From a virus, in the IMG/VR virus record IMGVR_UViG_3300049043_000244, positions 20,029 to 84,028 of that record: a stretch of DNA of 64,000 nucleotides; one strand, given 5' to 3'. Below the pieces are notes generated by a model. It was not told where the DNA came from, ran no database searches, and worked only from the letters and a program-made list of their open reading frames with translations. Of the stretch, positions 35,939 to 48,008 are shown one piece after another (the first letter of the stretch is position 1; each line of letters begins with the position of its first letter). The translations under genes and the position numbers were made by a program.

Positions 35939-36461
35939 TTAAATTTCTCTTAAAAGTTCTTCAATATCATAGAATAAATCTTCATCTTCATCTTCTTCTT
36001 CCTTATTTTTGTTCTCTTCAGCATATGTTAAGGATTCGACTGGAGGAATATGTGTTGGCGTCGGAGGAATATTAGGAGTTTCAATTTCTTCATTGAGCTG
36101 CAAGGTGATCAAGATATAATCCATAATCCTCTTCAATTTCATCAAAATAAACAAACTGGGATTTCAAACGTTCTTCCTCTTCTTTTTTGCGTTTTTTCTA
36201 GTTCTAGTTGTTGTTTCATAAAGCATCTTCCTCTTCTTTTTTTTCATTCCATAAATCGATAGCCTTTTCAAAGATGCCTAACTCACCAATTTTTAAATTT
36301 TCATAAGGGCCAACAAACTCTACTTCACCACTATCATCAATCCATTGAACTGCGTGAACTTTTTTTCCATCAATATCAGGAACCCAATCGAGATCCATAT
36401 GACTATAACCAACTCCCTCCATGTAAATGGTATTATCTGAGGGGATAATTGTCAACCTCAT
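35939..36461 (-). CDS. putative tail-fibre assembly/chaperone-like protein, frameshifted
   Basis: MRLTIIPSD..IY...VHAVQW...GEVEF; downstream of fibre genes. Confidence 0.5.
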
Positions 36462-36465
36462 GATT

Positions 36466-36809
36466 TATTCTCCCGAGTTTTCTGGTAATGTGTGCGTACT
36501 AGTTAAAGAAGTTACATTTACTGGTAAAAATGCCATTTTGTTGAATCATATCAATATATAGTTGTCTGTTTTCATTATTAGATTTTACCACTTCATTTCT
36601 AAAAGATTCAACAGCTGCACCAGTTTGTCTTTGTTGTTGAGAATTTTCAATCGTTAACATGGGCATCCAGGTCACAGCACATGACCAATGATCTACCTCT
36701 TGCCCAGTATTTGGATTCATTCCCCTCACATGCATGTACCAAGAACACTTATGTTCTACGCAATCTTTTCTAATAAGGGGCAAAAATTACCAGATTCGTT
36801 TTTTTTCAT
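36466..36809 (-). CDS. Cys-rich conserved phage protein associated with tail-fibre genes
   Basis: CPLIRKDCVEHKCSW...CAVTWMPMLTIENSQQQRQTGAAVESFRNE. Confidence 0.6.
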
Positions 36810-36842
36810 ATTAACAAAGTATTTTTCACATTATATCACAAA

Positions 36843-37360
36843 TTAATTAAAACTACAAACAATAACATCTATGTATTGAACTCTTAAATCAACATTTGCA
36901 GAAAATGCGGACTGTTCCAGACCAAGGGTGACTATGCAGCTCACCGCCACCAGCAGGCTCCTGGTAGCCGGAAAACTTCTTGACGAACCTGGACCAGCCA
37001 ACATCACCTCCGCCTGGAGACAGTCCGACAAATCCACCATTAGGATGACTATGACTGGTATTTGTGAAGTAGTTAGAGTAGTATTACCAACAGTTCCCGT
37101 CATTGGTACAGACGCTGCTGTTATTGTTCTAAATGAGTTTGGAAATACTGTAGTAAAAGAAGACGTGCCTCCAGATCCGCCGCCCGTTCCATTAACAACT
37201 CTAAGAGTCTTGTCATCATGCGTTGTAGATTTTGTCCATCCAGTAGGAGCAGCTTGCTTGAAAAAATATAGACACCGAACTTTGTGGAACAATACCATAC
37301 TTTGAATTTAAAACCGTTGAGTCACCAAAAGTCACTCCTGCTGATGTTAATTTCAGCCAT
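36843..37360 (-). CDS. tail-collar/short fibre protein (paralog B)
   Basis: AAPTGWTKSTTHDDKTLRVVNG.GGGSGG...TTLTTSQIP...DLRVQYIDVIVCSFN. Confidence 0.75.
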
Positions 37361-37397
37361 TTTATATGATGTAAACTACAGATTTTATCTAAAGTAT

Positions 37398-37957
37398 TTA
37401 TCCATCAAAAGTACAGACAATTACATCTACATATTGGACTGCAATATTGAGAGTTTGTGTTGGAACAGATCCAGAAACAGAAACCGGAATGTAAATGTGA
37501 ACCATTAGATCCTTCAGATCCAGTTACGGGAGAATTTCTAGTCCACCCACCAGGTACGAACCACGTCTCCACCATTCCATCCAGTAAATCCGCCATCAGG
37601 ATTGAAATTGGCAGGAACTTCGTTCCATAAGCTACACCATTACTAGGATGAGTGTGACTAGGAAGTTGAGGAGTCGTTAATGTAGTTCCACCAGTAGCAT
37701 CAGAAGAAGCTAATGTTCCATCAGCAACACTCAACGTGCTCATAGTAGTTGTAAAAGAATTTGTTCCAGGCAGATCCGCCACTGCTTCCTGATACCACTC
37801 TAAGTGCTTTATTATTTTGAGTTGTATTTTGAGTCCATCCAATGGGTGCTGAGGACTGATAAAAAATCCAAGCTGTACTTTGTGGAAAAATTCCTCTTCT
37901 TGAATTTAATTGAGTTAAATCACTAAACGTAATACCATTTGCAGTCAACTCAGCCAT
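37398..37957 (-). CDS. tail-collar/short fibre protein (paralog A)
   Basis: FYQSSAPIGWTQNTTQNNKALRVVSG...TTLTTPQLPSHTH...VQYVDVIVCTFDG. Confidence 0.75.
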
Positions 37958-37989
37958 AGTTTATGGTGGGATATTACTTGCTTTTAGAA

Positions 37990-37997
37990 TATTTATA
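37990..37997 (-). promoter_or_regulatory. T4-type late promoter TATAAATA heading the fibre/glycan island
   Basis: tatttata on + strand, about 33 nt upstream of fibre A start. Confidence 0.7.
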
Positions 37998-38023
37998 AGT
38001 CAATATAATTAATCCTACAATGT

Positions 38024-38260
38024 TCAGCAAGAATATCTATACGAGCATTCCAGAGAGTTTTCAAGACGATAAAGTTCATTTGTAATAGAAATGTTTTCTT
38101 CTTCTAATCTTTTAATATCTAAAAGTGCCGCATAATATCTTTCTTGAAGATCTTTAACAACAATTTCTAATTGTGATAGACGATTATAAACATCATCCAT
38201 CGGGATTTCTTCTTTAATTTTAATTCCCCATTTTTTATGGAACCAATACGGATCAATCAT
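38024..38260 (-). CDS. coiled-coil hypothetical protein, paralog of 27400-27689
   Basis: LQERYYAALLDIKRLEEENISITNELYRLENSL. Confidence 0.55.
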   Translation of the reverse strand: MIDPYWFHKKWGIKIKEEIPMDDVYNRLSQLEIVVKDLQERYYAALLDIKRLEEENISITNELYRLENSLECSYRYSC

Positions 38261-38271
38261 AATTTTTTAAC

Positions 38272-39297
38272 TTAATATAAAATCCAATGATTATTTTTAA
38301 GAGACCACTCAACAACTTCTGCAATTCTCTCTCGTACAGATTTTGCAGGTTTCCAGTCCCATCTGTTTCATTTTATCACTATTCAAAGCATAACGCAAGT
38401 CATGCCCAGGCTCAGAGAATGAAAGTCAACCAATTCATATTTTAATTCTTTCTTTTGAACTTGAGCAATAATTTGTGCAAGTTCAAGATTGTTTAATTCT
38501 TCTGCACCAATAATGTTAAATTTAGGGCACCTAATATCTCCATACGTTATTTTAAACTTGCCCGAGTAATTTAATAAAAATAAAACACTAGATGCAACAT
38601 CTTCTGCATGAATGTAGTGTCTTGATCCAGGAATAGTTTTGGTTGCATCACTGTGAATCATAATAGATTCTCCATCCCGAATCTTCCGAATGCACATTGG
38701 GATATATTTTTCGGGATGTTGGCGTTCACCAAAGACATTCATCGTGTGAGTAATATAGATGGGAAGACCGTAGGTATTTTCGTAAGCAACCCGCAGTCTT
38801 CTCCACCAGCTTACTTGCACTATAAGGATTTGTTGAATTATATCGATCATTCTCTTTGTATTTGATTCCATGAGGAAGTGACAAACACTTCATCCGTACT
38901 GAAGTAAATAAATCTTTCTAAATTGTCTTTCTGGGTTCTTGCAAACTCAAGAATGTTACATGTTCCCACAACATTATCCATTACAAATTCCATAGGATAC
39001 TTAATACTTCGATCCACATGAGAACCAGCCGCAAGATGAAGAATGTAATTAACTGTACCGATTTGACTACAAACTAAAGAATTTAGTTCGGATTTAAGAT
39101 CATGATAAACTATTTTTACACGTCTACGAACTTGTAAATCAAAAGACATCATTATCTCATCAAGACGATTTAAGTTACCACTATAATCAAGACGGTCAAG
39201 GGAAACGATGTCCCAATCAGTGTGAGTTAGGAGATAACTAATCAAATGATGTGCAATAAATCCTGCACCGCCAGGTAATAAGTACTTTTTTACTCAT
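38272..39297 (-). CDS. dTDP-glucose 4,6-dehydratase (RmlB-like), frameshifted
   Basis: GGAGFIAHH, HLAAGSHVDRSI, YFSTDEVF, MNVFGERQHPEKYIP. Confidence 0.9.
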
Positions 39298-40212
39298 AAC
39301 TCACAGAATGCCAACTTCTTTAAGAAATTTTCGATACGCCATAAATCTACGAAGTGAGGGTTGTCCTGGTATAGGACCCTAGACTTTCACATATTTCACA
39401 GTAACATAACCAGTCATACCATGGAGTCGTTGGGTCAAGTGCTGGATGCGGCTTGTTTGCGTGTAATTCTTTAAGTTTAAGGAGTTCAACCAATTCTGAA
39501 ATTTCATTAGATATTTTATATTAAAGTTCTGTCAATTGTGATTTATCTTTAATTTCAATATAAATTGATGGAGCAGGATCATTCCAATGTTTAATGACTC
39601 CAGCTACGATAAAACAATTCGTAATTAAATATGTGAAAAATATTAATGTTCTTATTTGAGCAACATGATCGGACTCTCTATCATTTTGCGAGGCTTCTCT
39701 CCAAGTGATTTTGCCCACATCCTCCACAATGGATTCCCCCAGAGATTTTTCTTTTTCTTCATCATAAATTGATGGTCTTGATTTTACATAGATGAGTTCT
39801 TTCCATTGACTATTATAACACAATACTAATAAACGTTCGTTAGCATGAATTGAACAATCCCTATAATTAACATCATTTTTACGTCGAACAAACAGTTCAA
39901 TCGTAATATATTCTTTATCCTTAAAATACACCCAACCTTCAATGTCGTTTTTCCAAATCACATAATCATTAACTTGCGGTTCATACATTATCCTTAACTG
40001 TAAGAGTATAATCTTTTTTCTTAAGTTTATGTTTGTAAATAAACTTATCCACATGAGCTGACACTCAAACCAACAAACTCGATTATCTTTTCCCTCTTTT
40101 AGGTCAAGACGAATGGGAAAGGAAGAATATGGAAACTTTTCCGTTGTAGGAGCGATCATAGAGTTAAGTGGAGTGTTTCGTACTTTGAGTATAGACCAAA
40201 AAGAAATAAATG

Positions 40213-40914
40213 TCAATAGAATTTAAGGTTGAACTCTCCTTCTTTTTCCAAAATTGCAGAACAAGTGTCTACAAAATCTCCACAACACATGTATTCAATT
40301 TTATCAAATTTACGGATATTTGCATGATGAATGTGTCCACAAATTACCCCTCGGAAATTTCCTTTTTGGCGACAATAACTTGCAAGATCAGTCTCGTATT
40401 GATTGATATATCTTTTTCCACGAATAGTATTTTTCAAAGCATAAACCAATGAAAAACGAAAAATCTTTTCCAAAAACAAACTTAATGGTGTAATTAACTC
40501 GTATCCTTTATTAAATACTAATTGTTTCCAAGATCCAGAAGAAAATTCGGAATGTTGATCTCCGTGAGTGCAAAGATACTTATCACCATTTTTTGTTTTA
40601 TATACATATTCTTCAATCATCTTGAAGTTTTTATGTTCAAATAAACAGTATCTTCTTAACATTCCTTCATGATTCCCTGGAATGTATATAATCTCAACAC
40701 CTTTTTTAGCAAGGTTCATAATTTGATGTACACACTCGGTATGTTCTTTTTTCCAATGTGTGTTGTATTTTTCCATGCAGTAGATATCAATAATATCTCC
40801 GACAAAAATTAGTTTTTTAGTTTTTATTTGTTTCAGAAATTTATTAAATTTCTTTACATTACATCTGGTAGTTCCGAGATGGACATCTGAAACAAAAACA
40901 GCATCGTAGGTCAT
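40213..40914 (-). CDS. metallophosphoesterase (UDP-2,3-diacylglucosamine hydrolase-like)
   Basis: SDVHLG, GDIID, GNHE, HGD, GHIH, CGDFV motifs. Confidence 0.88.
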   Translation of the reverse strand: MTYDAVFVSDVHLGTTRCNVKKFNKFLKQIKTKKLIFVGDIIDIYCMEKYNTHWKKEHTECVHQIMNLAKKGVEIIYIPGNHEGMLRRYCLFEHKNFKMIEEYVYKTKNGDKYLCTHGDQHSEFSSGSWKQLVFNKGYELITPLSLFLEKIFRFSLVYALKNTIRGKRYINQYETDLASYCRQKGNFRGVICGHIHHANIRKFDKIEYMCCGDFVDTCSAILEKEGEFNLKFY

Positions 40915-41199
40915 TTTATTTTTTACTAAAATACGGCTGTAACAACCACCTTAGCGTTTGGATTTCGTGCAAGAGCAACTTCTCTCGCACTCTTTATAAT
41001 CTCCAGCTATCTTCTTCATAGAAAACTTTACCAGCAACATAAAGTTGAACTTTACATTTCATAATAATATCTCGGTCGTAACGGTTATTCATTTATTTGA
41101 TAAACATACACCACTCATTGTATGTATAATAGGACGTTCTTTTGAAGGAAAAAACTGTTTTACGTTCTGGATATTTCGAACATTTTATTTTTAGATTTT

Positions 41200-41450
41200 T
41201 CAAAAAGAGCCATTTCCTAGTCGTTCAAAACAAACACTATTAAATTTTCCTTCTACGCCACGAAGAATCAGTTTTGTGTGAGAGGATTTTACAATTATTT
41301 GTTGAACATAATAAACTCCACCAGGAACTAAAAGGTCTTCGGGATCCGTGTTGTTTCCCCAATTAACTTGTTCTCTAGTGCATCCGGTAAATTTTACATA
41401 ATCTCCTTCACGGATTTCTCCATAAGACAATTCGAGTTTACGAAGGTTTT
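41200..41450 (-). CDS. hypothetical protein
   Basis: ORF with GDYVKFTGCTREQVNWG...HTKL..GKFNSVCF. Confidence 0.5.
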
Positions 41451-42753
41451 TCATTTTTTTGAAATTCTTTTTCAAGGTCTTTTAGGTTTCAGAGATCTCC
41501 TCCATATCAAATATTTTACAATCGGATTTGAAGGATTGTTTAAAAGCCGCCACTTTTTAATTTCGTATTGATTTTTTATTAAGTTGGTGACATAATAAAA
41601 AACTTTAGCAATACTGTCATCTGTAATTATAAAGTATGCAAGTATTGCAAATACAAAAAGTAAGAAATGTTGGTGATTCATTTTAGTTCCAACGAAGAGA
41701 CTTCAGATATTCCAACACAGTCTCTCGTACATCCATGAGTTCATGGTAACATCTTTGATCATGTGTTTGTTGTCTGAGATCATGATCTGGTTTATGTACA
41801 GCTTTCAACGAAAAGATCTAATCCACGATTCCATTTATCTTGTTTAGACTCTGCATCGTAAATGATGTACGGTTCTGTCATGAAACTTGCTCCAATTCTT
41901 CGATAGATGATACTGGTACTTCATGTTCTGCGATTCTATAGTAATGTTCACCCTCTCGTACACCAAGATATTCTATATCATCACAACGGTGTTCTCTTAA
42001 CCAAGATTGAAGTCGTAAGTGCATCAACTCAGAATTATTTGGAACTTTCATATTAAATCACTAAACACTTAATCATTATAAGTTATTTAGCCCATTTTGT
42101 CAAGAGTGGAGAATAAGAGAATCAAACTCCCAATAAGTACTGCAAAACACCCATTGTATCGTTTAACTAATTCACGATAAAAAGTCCTAAGACTTTGCAG
42201 GAACAAATTCAACTTCAGTCTTCCATTTGAATCCAGGAGTATCCCAAGTTTGATTGTTATTAAAAATTTTATGATTATTTTCTTTCTCTTCTTCAGTAAT
42301 ATCAGATTTTGAAGAAGGAACCAAGTCAGAAAAAGTATTACCAGAATAAATCTCATCAATTCTGGAACGTTCTGGATAATGTTTTAGAAGACTGTGGCAG
42401 ATAACCTAACTTTTTCGGGAACACTTGGAATTTTTTTGACGTTCATTAAATCAATAAGAAACTCTCTAGTAGCAATTAGAGAGTTATGTTCTTGTTGTGG
42501 CAAAGTCATAACTTAACGAGAATATTGTTCTATTATGAATAATACTTCATTTAAGTATTTTTCGGCAATTTGTTTTCCTGATAATCACACCCCTCATTAT
42601 ATAAATCATTTTTTAACTTTAAAACTTTAATTTGCATTTCTTGTTTTGTCAATGCATTTCTTGGCATAATAATTCCGCGACAACATATTTATAAATCATC
42701 GTGCGAGGATTTTTTACCGGAGAAATTTTCAAGGACAAAAATTAACCGAAAAT

Positions 42754-43969
42754 TTAATTTTGTAAAACCAGAGATTTATTATTCCACAAGTTTCCTAACT
42801 CTGGAAAAATTTTAGAAGTGTTTTCATTTCTAATCGAATCTAACGCAGAGCAATATTTTATAAACATCGGAATTAAATGAGATTCGTCTTCAAGGTTTAT
42901 ATAATTAATCATACTTTCATAATCATTAATTGAAATTAAAGATCCGGAAGGAACTAAAAAATTTTTAATATGATCATTTATTTTTTTACACAATTTTTGT
43001 TTTGTTTGATTGTCTAAAATTTGTAGGGACAAAAAATTAGGTTCATTTAAAAATTGCAATCTAAAGTCATCGACATTTTTTAGTAATCCAGAATCAAATA
43101 ACTTTCTTTGCGTATTCATTATATGAAATCCATTTAATGACTTGGACTGTAGATCCAATTGTATATTTTGCTTGGGGGCATTTTCTTTAATAAGGGTTAG
43201 GTTTTTTAAAAAAGTATTCCATTTCATTCCATTTCTGATTACTTCACCCCTTTTAGCATGTCCATCAAGACTAACTCCTATGATTATATTATTAAAGTTT
43301 TTCCAAATATCAAAAATATTTTTTCCTTTGTATTTAAGTGTACTTAAATTTGCAGACTGTAAACTATAGGAATATTAGTTTTTTTAAACTCAATCAATTT
43401 ATCCAAAATATAATAATGTTCATCCATTATTAATGGTTCACCACCAGCAAAATATATCTCCTCTACACTTTCAAATAAAGGATCTAATTCTCTTAACACA
43501 TCAATCTTTTCGACTTTTCCCCCATTATAATTGACTCCAAGTAAAGTTTGATAGTCTTCATACCAAGAAGTCTACTTCACAGGCCACACATTCTACACTT
43601 GAAGTTACAAAAATTACTAAATCTAAAATCCCAATAAACTACATTTAATTTATTGACCGTTCCGTCATTTTTTGTTGTTTTTACAATATCAAAATGATGA
43701 CTATATTTTCTGTTGATAAGTTGTCTAGGAGATTCTTGACCAACATCCTCGACGGCATAACAATGCCTACAATTTGAGGACTTGACATTATTCAACATGT
43801 TAAGTCTAAGATTTTTTATTTTTTGAGAATTCCAAACCTCATACAAAGAAGATCCACTAAGAGACAATCCCAAAGGAGAAGAGTTGCAACAAGGCAGAAC
43901 TTCTCCGTCTGGTTGAACACTCAAGTGAACCCAAGGAAACATGCAAAAAGTTTTTGAATTTTCAATCAT
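42754..43969 (-). CDS. radical SAM protein with N-terminal twitch/SPASM domain, frameshifted
   Basis: CMFPW...DGEVLPCC...CRHC then CNFKCRMC (CxxxCxxC), IYFAGGEP, VSLDG. Confidence 0.88.
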
Positions 43970-43981
43970 TTATTCACACAA

Positions 43982-44290
43982 TCACAGGTTCTCCTTGACC
44001 TTCTGAGAGAACAAGTGGACTTCCATCTTCGGGAGTATCTGAGTACATAGAGTCAAGATACTCCTGTTGAATTCTTTCATAGACTGGTACTGAAAGATTA
44101 GAAGTTGGCAGTACCTTGGAATCTCCACATCCACAACAGGCCCCATCAGAAACTTGTTGTGAGTATAAGTTCTATTCTCAGGATCAAAAGCAACCATCGT
44201 AAGAGCATCTATTTCATCACCACAATCTAAAAGTTTCTTTCCAGTATTTTTGTTGAGAACTGAAAAGTATTCTTCATTATATTTTTTCAT
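43982..44290 (-). CDS. hypothetical protein
   Basis: ORF track, gene-dense context. Confidence 0.45.
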   Translation of the reverse strand: MKKYNEEYFSVLNKNTGKKLLDCGDEIDALTMVAFDPENRTYTHNKFLMGPVVDVEIPRYCQLLIFQYQSMKEFNRSILTLCTQILPKMEVHLFSQKVKENL

Positions 44291-44291
44291 T

Positions 44292-44489
44292 TTAAAATCC
44301 TTTTGACTTTTGTTTCTTTTCTTTATGATCTAGAACTTCAATATAACCTAATAGTTGATGTGGTGTTTGAAACCACGTCCTTTGAACATCTTCATAGTTA
44401 TCAAAGATAACAGATTTTCCGTTTGCAAAAATAACCTTATAGTCATGACGAAGATAAGGTTCATCCGATGTTTGTTTGAAGGTTTCCAT
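44292..44489 (-). CDS. conserved cyanophage hypothetical protein
   Basis: FKQTSDEPYLRHDYKVIF...IEVLD...SKGF. Confidence 0.6.
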   Translation of the reverse strand: METFKQTSDEPYLRHDYKVIFANGKSVIFDNYEDVQRTWFQTPHQLLGYIEVLDHKEKKQKSKGF

Positions 44490-44668
44490 TGTCCTTTGTG
44501 TTTTTCTTATTATAGAACACTTTGGTGGGTCTGTAAAGTCTGGCCCAAGTATCTCTTATAATTTCTGCAAGTTTGTATGGTGTTTCTGAGGATATCATAA
44601 GTCTTGTGTGACTGACATTATGAAAAGAAAAGTCCAGAAGAGTTGGAAGAGGAGGAGTATGAGGAGCA

Positions 44669-45102
44669 TTAGTCTTGGTTCCTCTGTAGGTATTTAATCA
44701 TTTCTTCTAATACAGAAGAATTCTCACCAACATATCCCATAGTCCTATTGCATATATTGCAAAGCAATCCTCTTACTTTTCCAGTTTTATGGTCGTGATC
44801 AACATAAAAAACATCAACACCACCACCTCTTCCAGATTTTCTTCCTTTTTGGATCTGTGTCCTTCACAAATAGCACAACAATTATTTTGTTGTGTCTTAA
44901 TAGTTCATTATATTCATTAATACCAATTCCATAAACTCTTTTTAAATTTTCATCTCTTTTTCAGTTGGATCATATATTTCTTGTTAGCTTTTACATAACA
45001 AGTCTTACATTTCCCGTGATATCCATAAGGACTTCCATTTCTTATCGTCTGATAAAAATCAGTAAGAGGTTTTGTTTGATTACAGATTTTGCAGGTTCTC
45101 AT
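44669..45102 (-). CDS. Endonuclease VII-family homing endonuclease (F-CphI-like), frameshifted
   Basis: MRTCKIC...KCKTC...CAIC...VDHDHKTGKVRGLLCNICNRTMG; immediately downstream of psbA. Confidence 0.85.
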
Positions 45103-45157
45103 AAGTTTTATAGTTGATTAAAGTTATTATACCATAACTTTAACTATTTCAGCGAAT

Positions 45158-45181
45158 AAAAAAGGAACCCGAAGGTTCCTT
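45158..45181 (-). terminator. psbA terminator
   Basis: AAGGAACC-UUCG-GGUUCCUUUUUU on minus strand. Confidence 0.85.
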
Positions 45182-45205
45182 AATTGGGGATTATATTTTT
45201 TTATA

Positions 45206-46296
<1,091 letters not shown>

Positions 46297-46329
46297 TTGT
46301 TCTTTAAAGGGTAAGTAAGATCCAGGCAG

Positions 46330-46425
46330 GGAACTGGTAATACATTATACTCCACAGCACCCTCCACTGTGGACATGAGAGACTGGTGTTTAACCTCCCC
46401 ATAGGTCTCGGTTAGGTAGAGGAAC
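46330..46425 (-). ncRNA. PhotoRC-II-like cis-regulatory RNA in psbA leader
   Basis: Minus strand CCGAGACCUAUGGGGAGG...GUCUCUCAUGUCCACAGUGGAGGGUGCUGUGGAG, with two stems and GAGGG loop. Confidence 0.7.
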
Positions 46426-46465
46426 AATGTTAAGAAATATGAGGATTTCGTAACATTTGTTTACC

Positions 46466-46499
46466 TATTTATAATACCATGCGGAAAACCGACTGTCAA
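46466..46499 (-). promoter_or_regulatory. overlapping sigma70 (TTGACA-17-TATTAT) and late (TATAAATA) psbA promoters
   Basis: Minus strand TTGACAGTCGGTTTTCCGCATGGTATTATAAATA. Confidence 0.8.
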
Positions 46500-47178
46500 G
46501 GGATTACCACTGAAGAGTTGGATGTTCCAATCATTTGAAAAATCAAATATGCACCAGTCCAAGATGTCCATGTGGAATAGGGAACAGTATTATCATATCC
46601 CCCCTGTTGACCTACTGATGGATTAAATGATGTTATTGTTAAAGATCCTGAACTACCACCAGACCGGAAGTAGTCCAATATAACTAGTTGCTGAAGTTGC
46701 CGAGGATGCTTTTCTTAAAAAATATCCCCTTGCACCACCGGTTGGAGCATTAGGTGAATTAGAAATTGCAGTATAAGTTCCTCTAAAAGTTGTGGAAATA
46801 AGTGGAGTTGTAGTTCCACCACCTTGATTTCTTGATATAAATCCTATCAGATAGGTATTTGCAGGAACTGTTCCTATCGTTGATGGAAATGCTCTGGGCA
46901 AATGCAGTAGACCAAGCAGATCCATTCTCTGCAACTTGAGCGTCAGTAAGTCCGTATTTGGTAATAGATGTTAAACCAGAAACAACCGCAGTATAATCAC
47001 TCAAACTTACAGAAAACCAATTATCTGTTGCAGCAGCATCATAAGCACTTTGTCCACTTGCACTTAATAATGAACGCATTGTAGTTCCAGCTCACAACTA
47101 CCGTACTGGCACAATTCTCCTTTTTCTTGGTGAAGAGTCGCCTTGAGAACGAGAACTAATTCTAGAAATAAAAGACAT
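46496..47178 (-). CDS. Ser/Thr/Gly-rich putative virion/fibre protein, frameshifted
   Basis: ORF pieces 46783-47079, 46653-46934, 46496-46678. Confidence 0.45.
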
Positions 47179-47181
47179 CAG

Positions 47182-48008
47182 TTAAATCCTCCATTTATAC
47201 TTCCAAGAACGGCATAATTTGCAGTTGTACTTGCAGAACCAACCGTATTGATTCCAGTAAATGTAAAGATATCAAATCCTGTTGATGTGGAAACTCCGGA
47301 GTAATGCATTTGCAAGAGAACCTCCTGCCCACTTAATTGTTCTGGAAGTACCGTTGAGTGTAATTGCTGTACAAGTCCTTGCAGTTCCTGTCTGATTTAC
47401 TACAACTGAGAATGAAATACTGTGATTATCAAATGTACTATCCGTTGGAATGCCAGTTACATTTAAAGTAATATCTCCAGAAGGACTTGTGCAGAGAGCA
47501 ATATTTCCACCACCAGTATTGAAAAGCAAGCTACAGTATTTCCAGGAACAAGTGTAGTTTTTTCTGCAACAGATCTTGTTCTTAACTGTGTAGGAATAGA
47601 AATTGTAGATGTAACTATTCCAACATTAATATCAGGAGTTCTGTAAGTCCTTGAATTATAGCTCGCTAGGAGTAGTAGCGTAGGTTGGTACCAGTGAAGT
47701 GTTTGAGGTTGCATAAGCGCAGTTGCAGTTGTACTTAGTTGCATAAGCTGCAATTCCTGCAGTTGGCGTAGGTTGCAATACCACTTGAGGTTGCATATCG
47801 AAGTAGTCCAGTTCTTGCAGTTCCAGTGAGATTTCCTACAAATCCTCCACCAACAGTAAGTGTATTTGTATCTGTTCTATAAGTTAAATCAACATCTGCT
47901 CTTAAATATTGACCTGTTGTTCTATCCTCAACAAATGTTGGATAATAAATGGTAGTTAAACCATTTGTATTCGTAATGTCAATAGTTTCTGATGTTGTTG
48001 CAGTTCCA
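47182..48008 (-). CDS. tail-fibre-like protein C-terminal part (truncated by chimeric junction)
   Basis: A/T-rich short repeats, P.INVGIVT, GGGNIALCTSPSGDITLNVTGIP. Confidence 0.65.

Noticed and set aside
36843-37957. Diversity-generating retroelement template/variable repeat in the two fibre genes
   Set aside because: Differences are not adenine-specific, both copies are coding paralogs and no reverse transcriptase lies in the phage segment.
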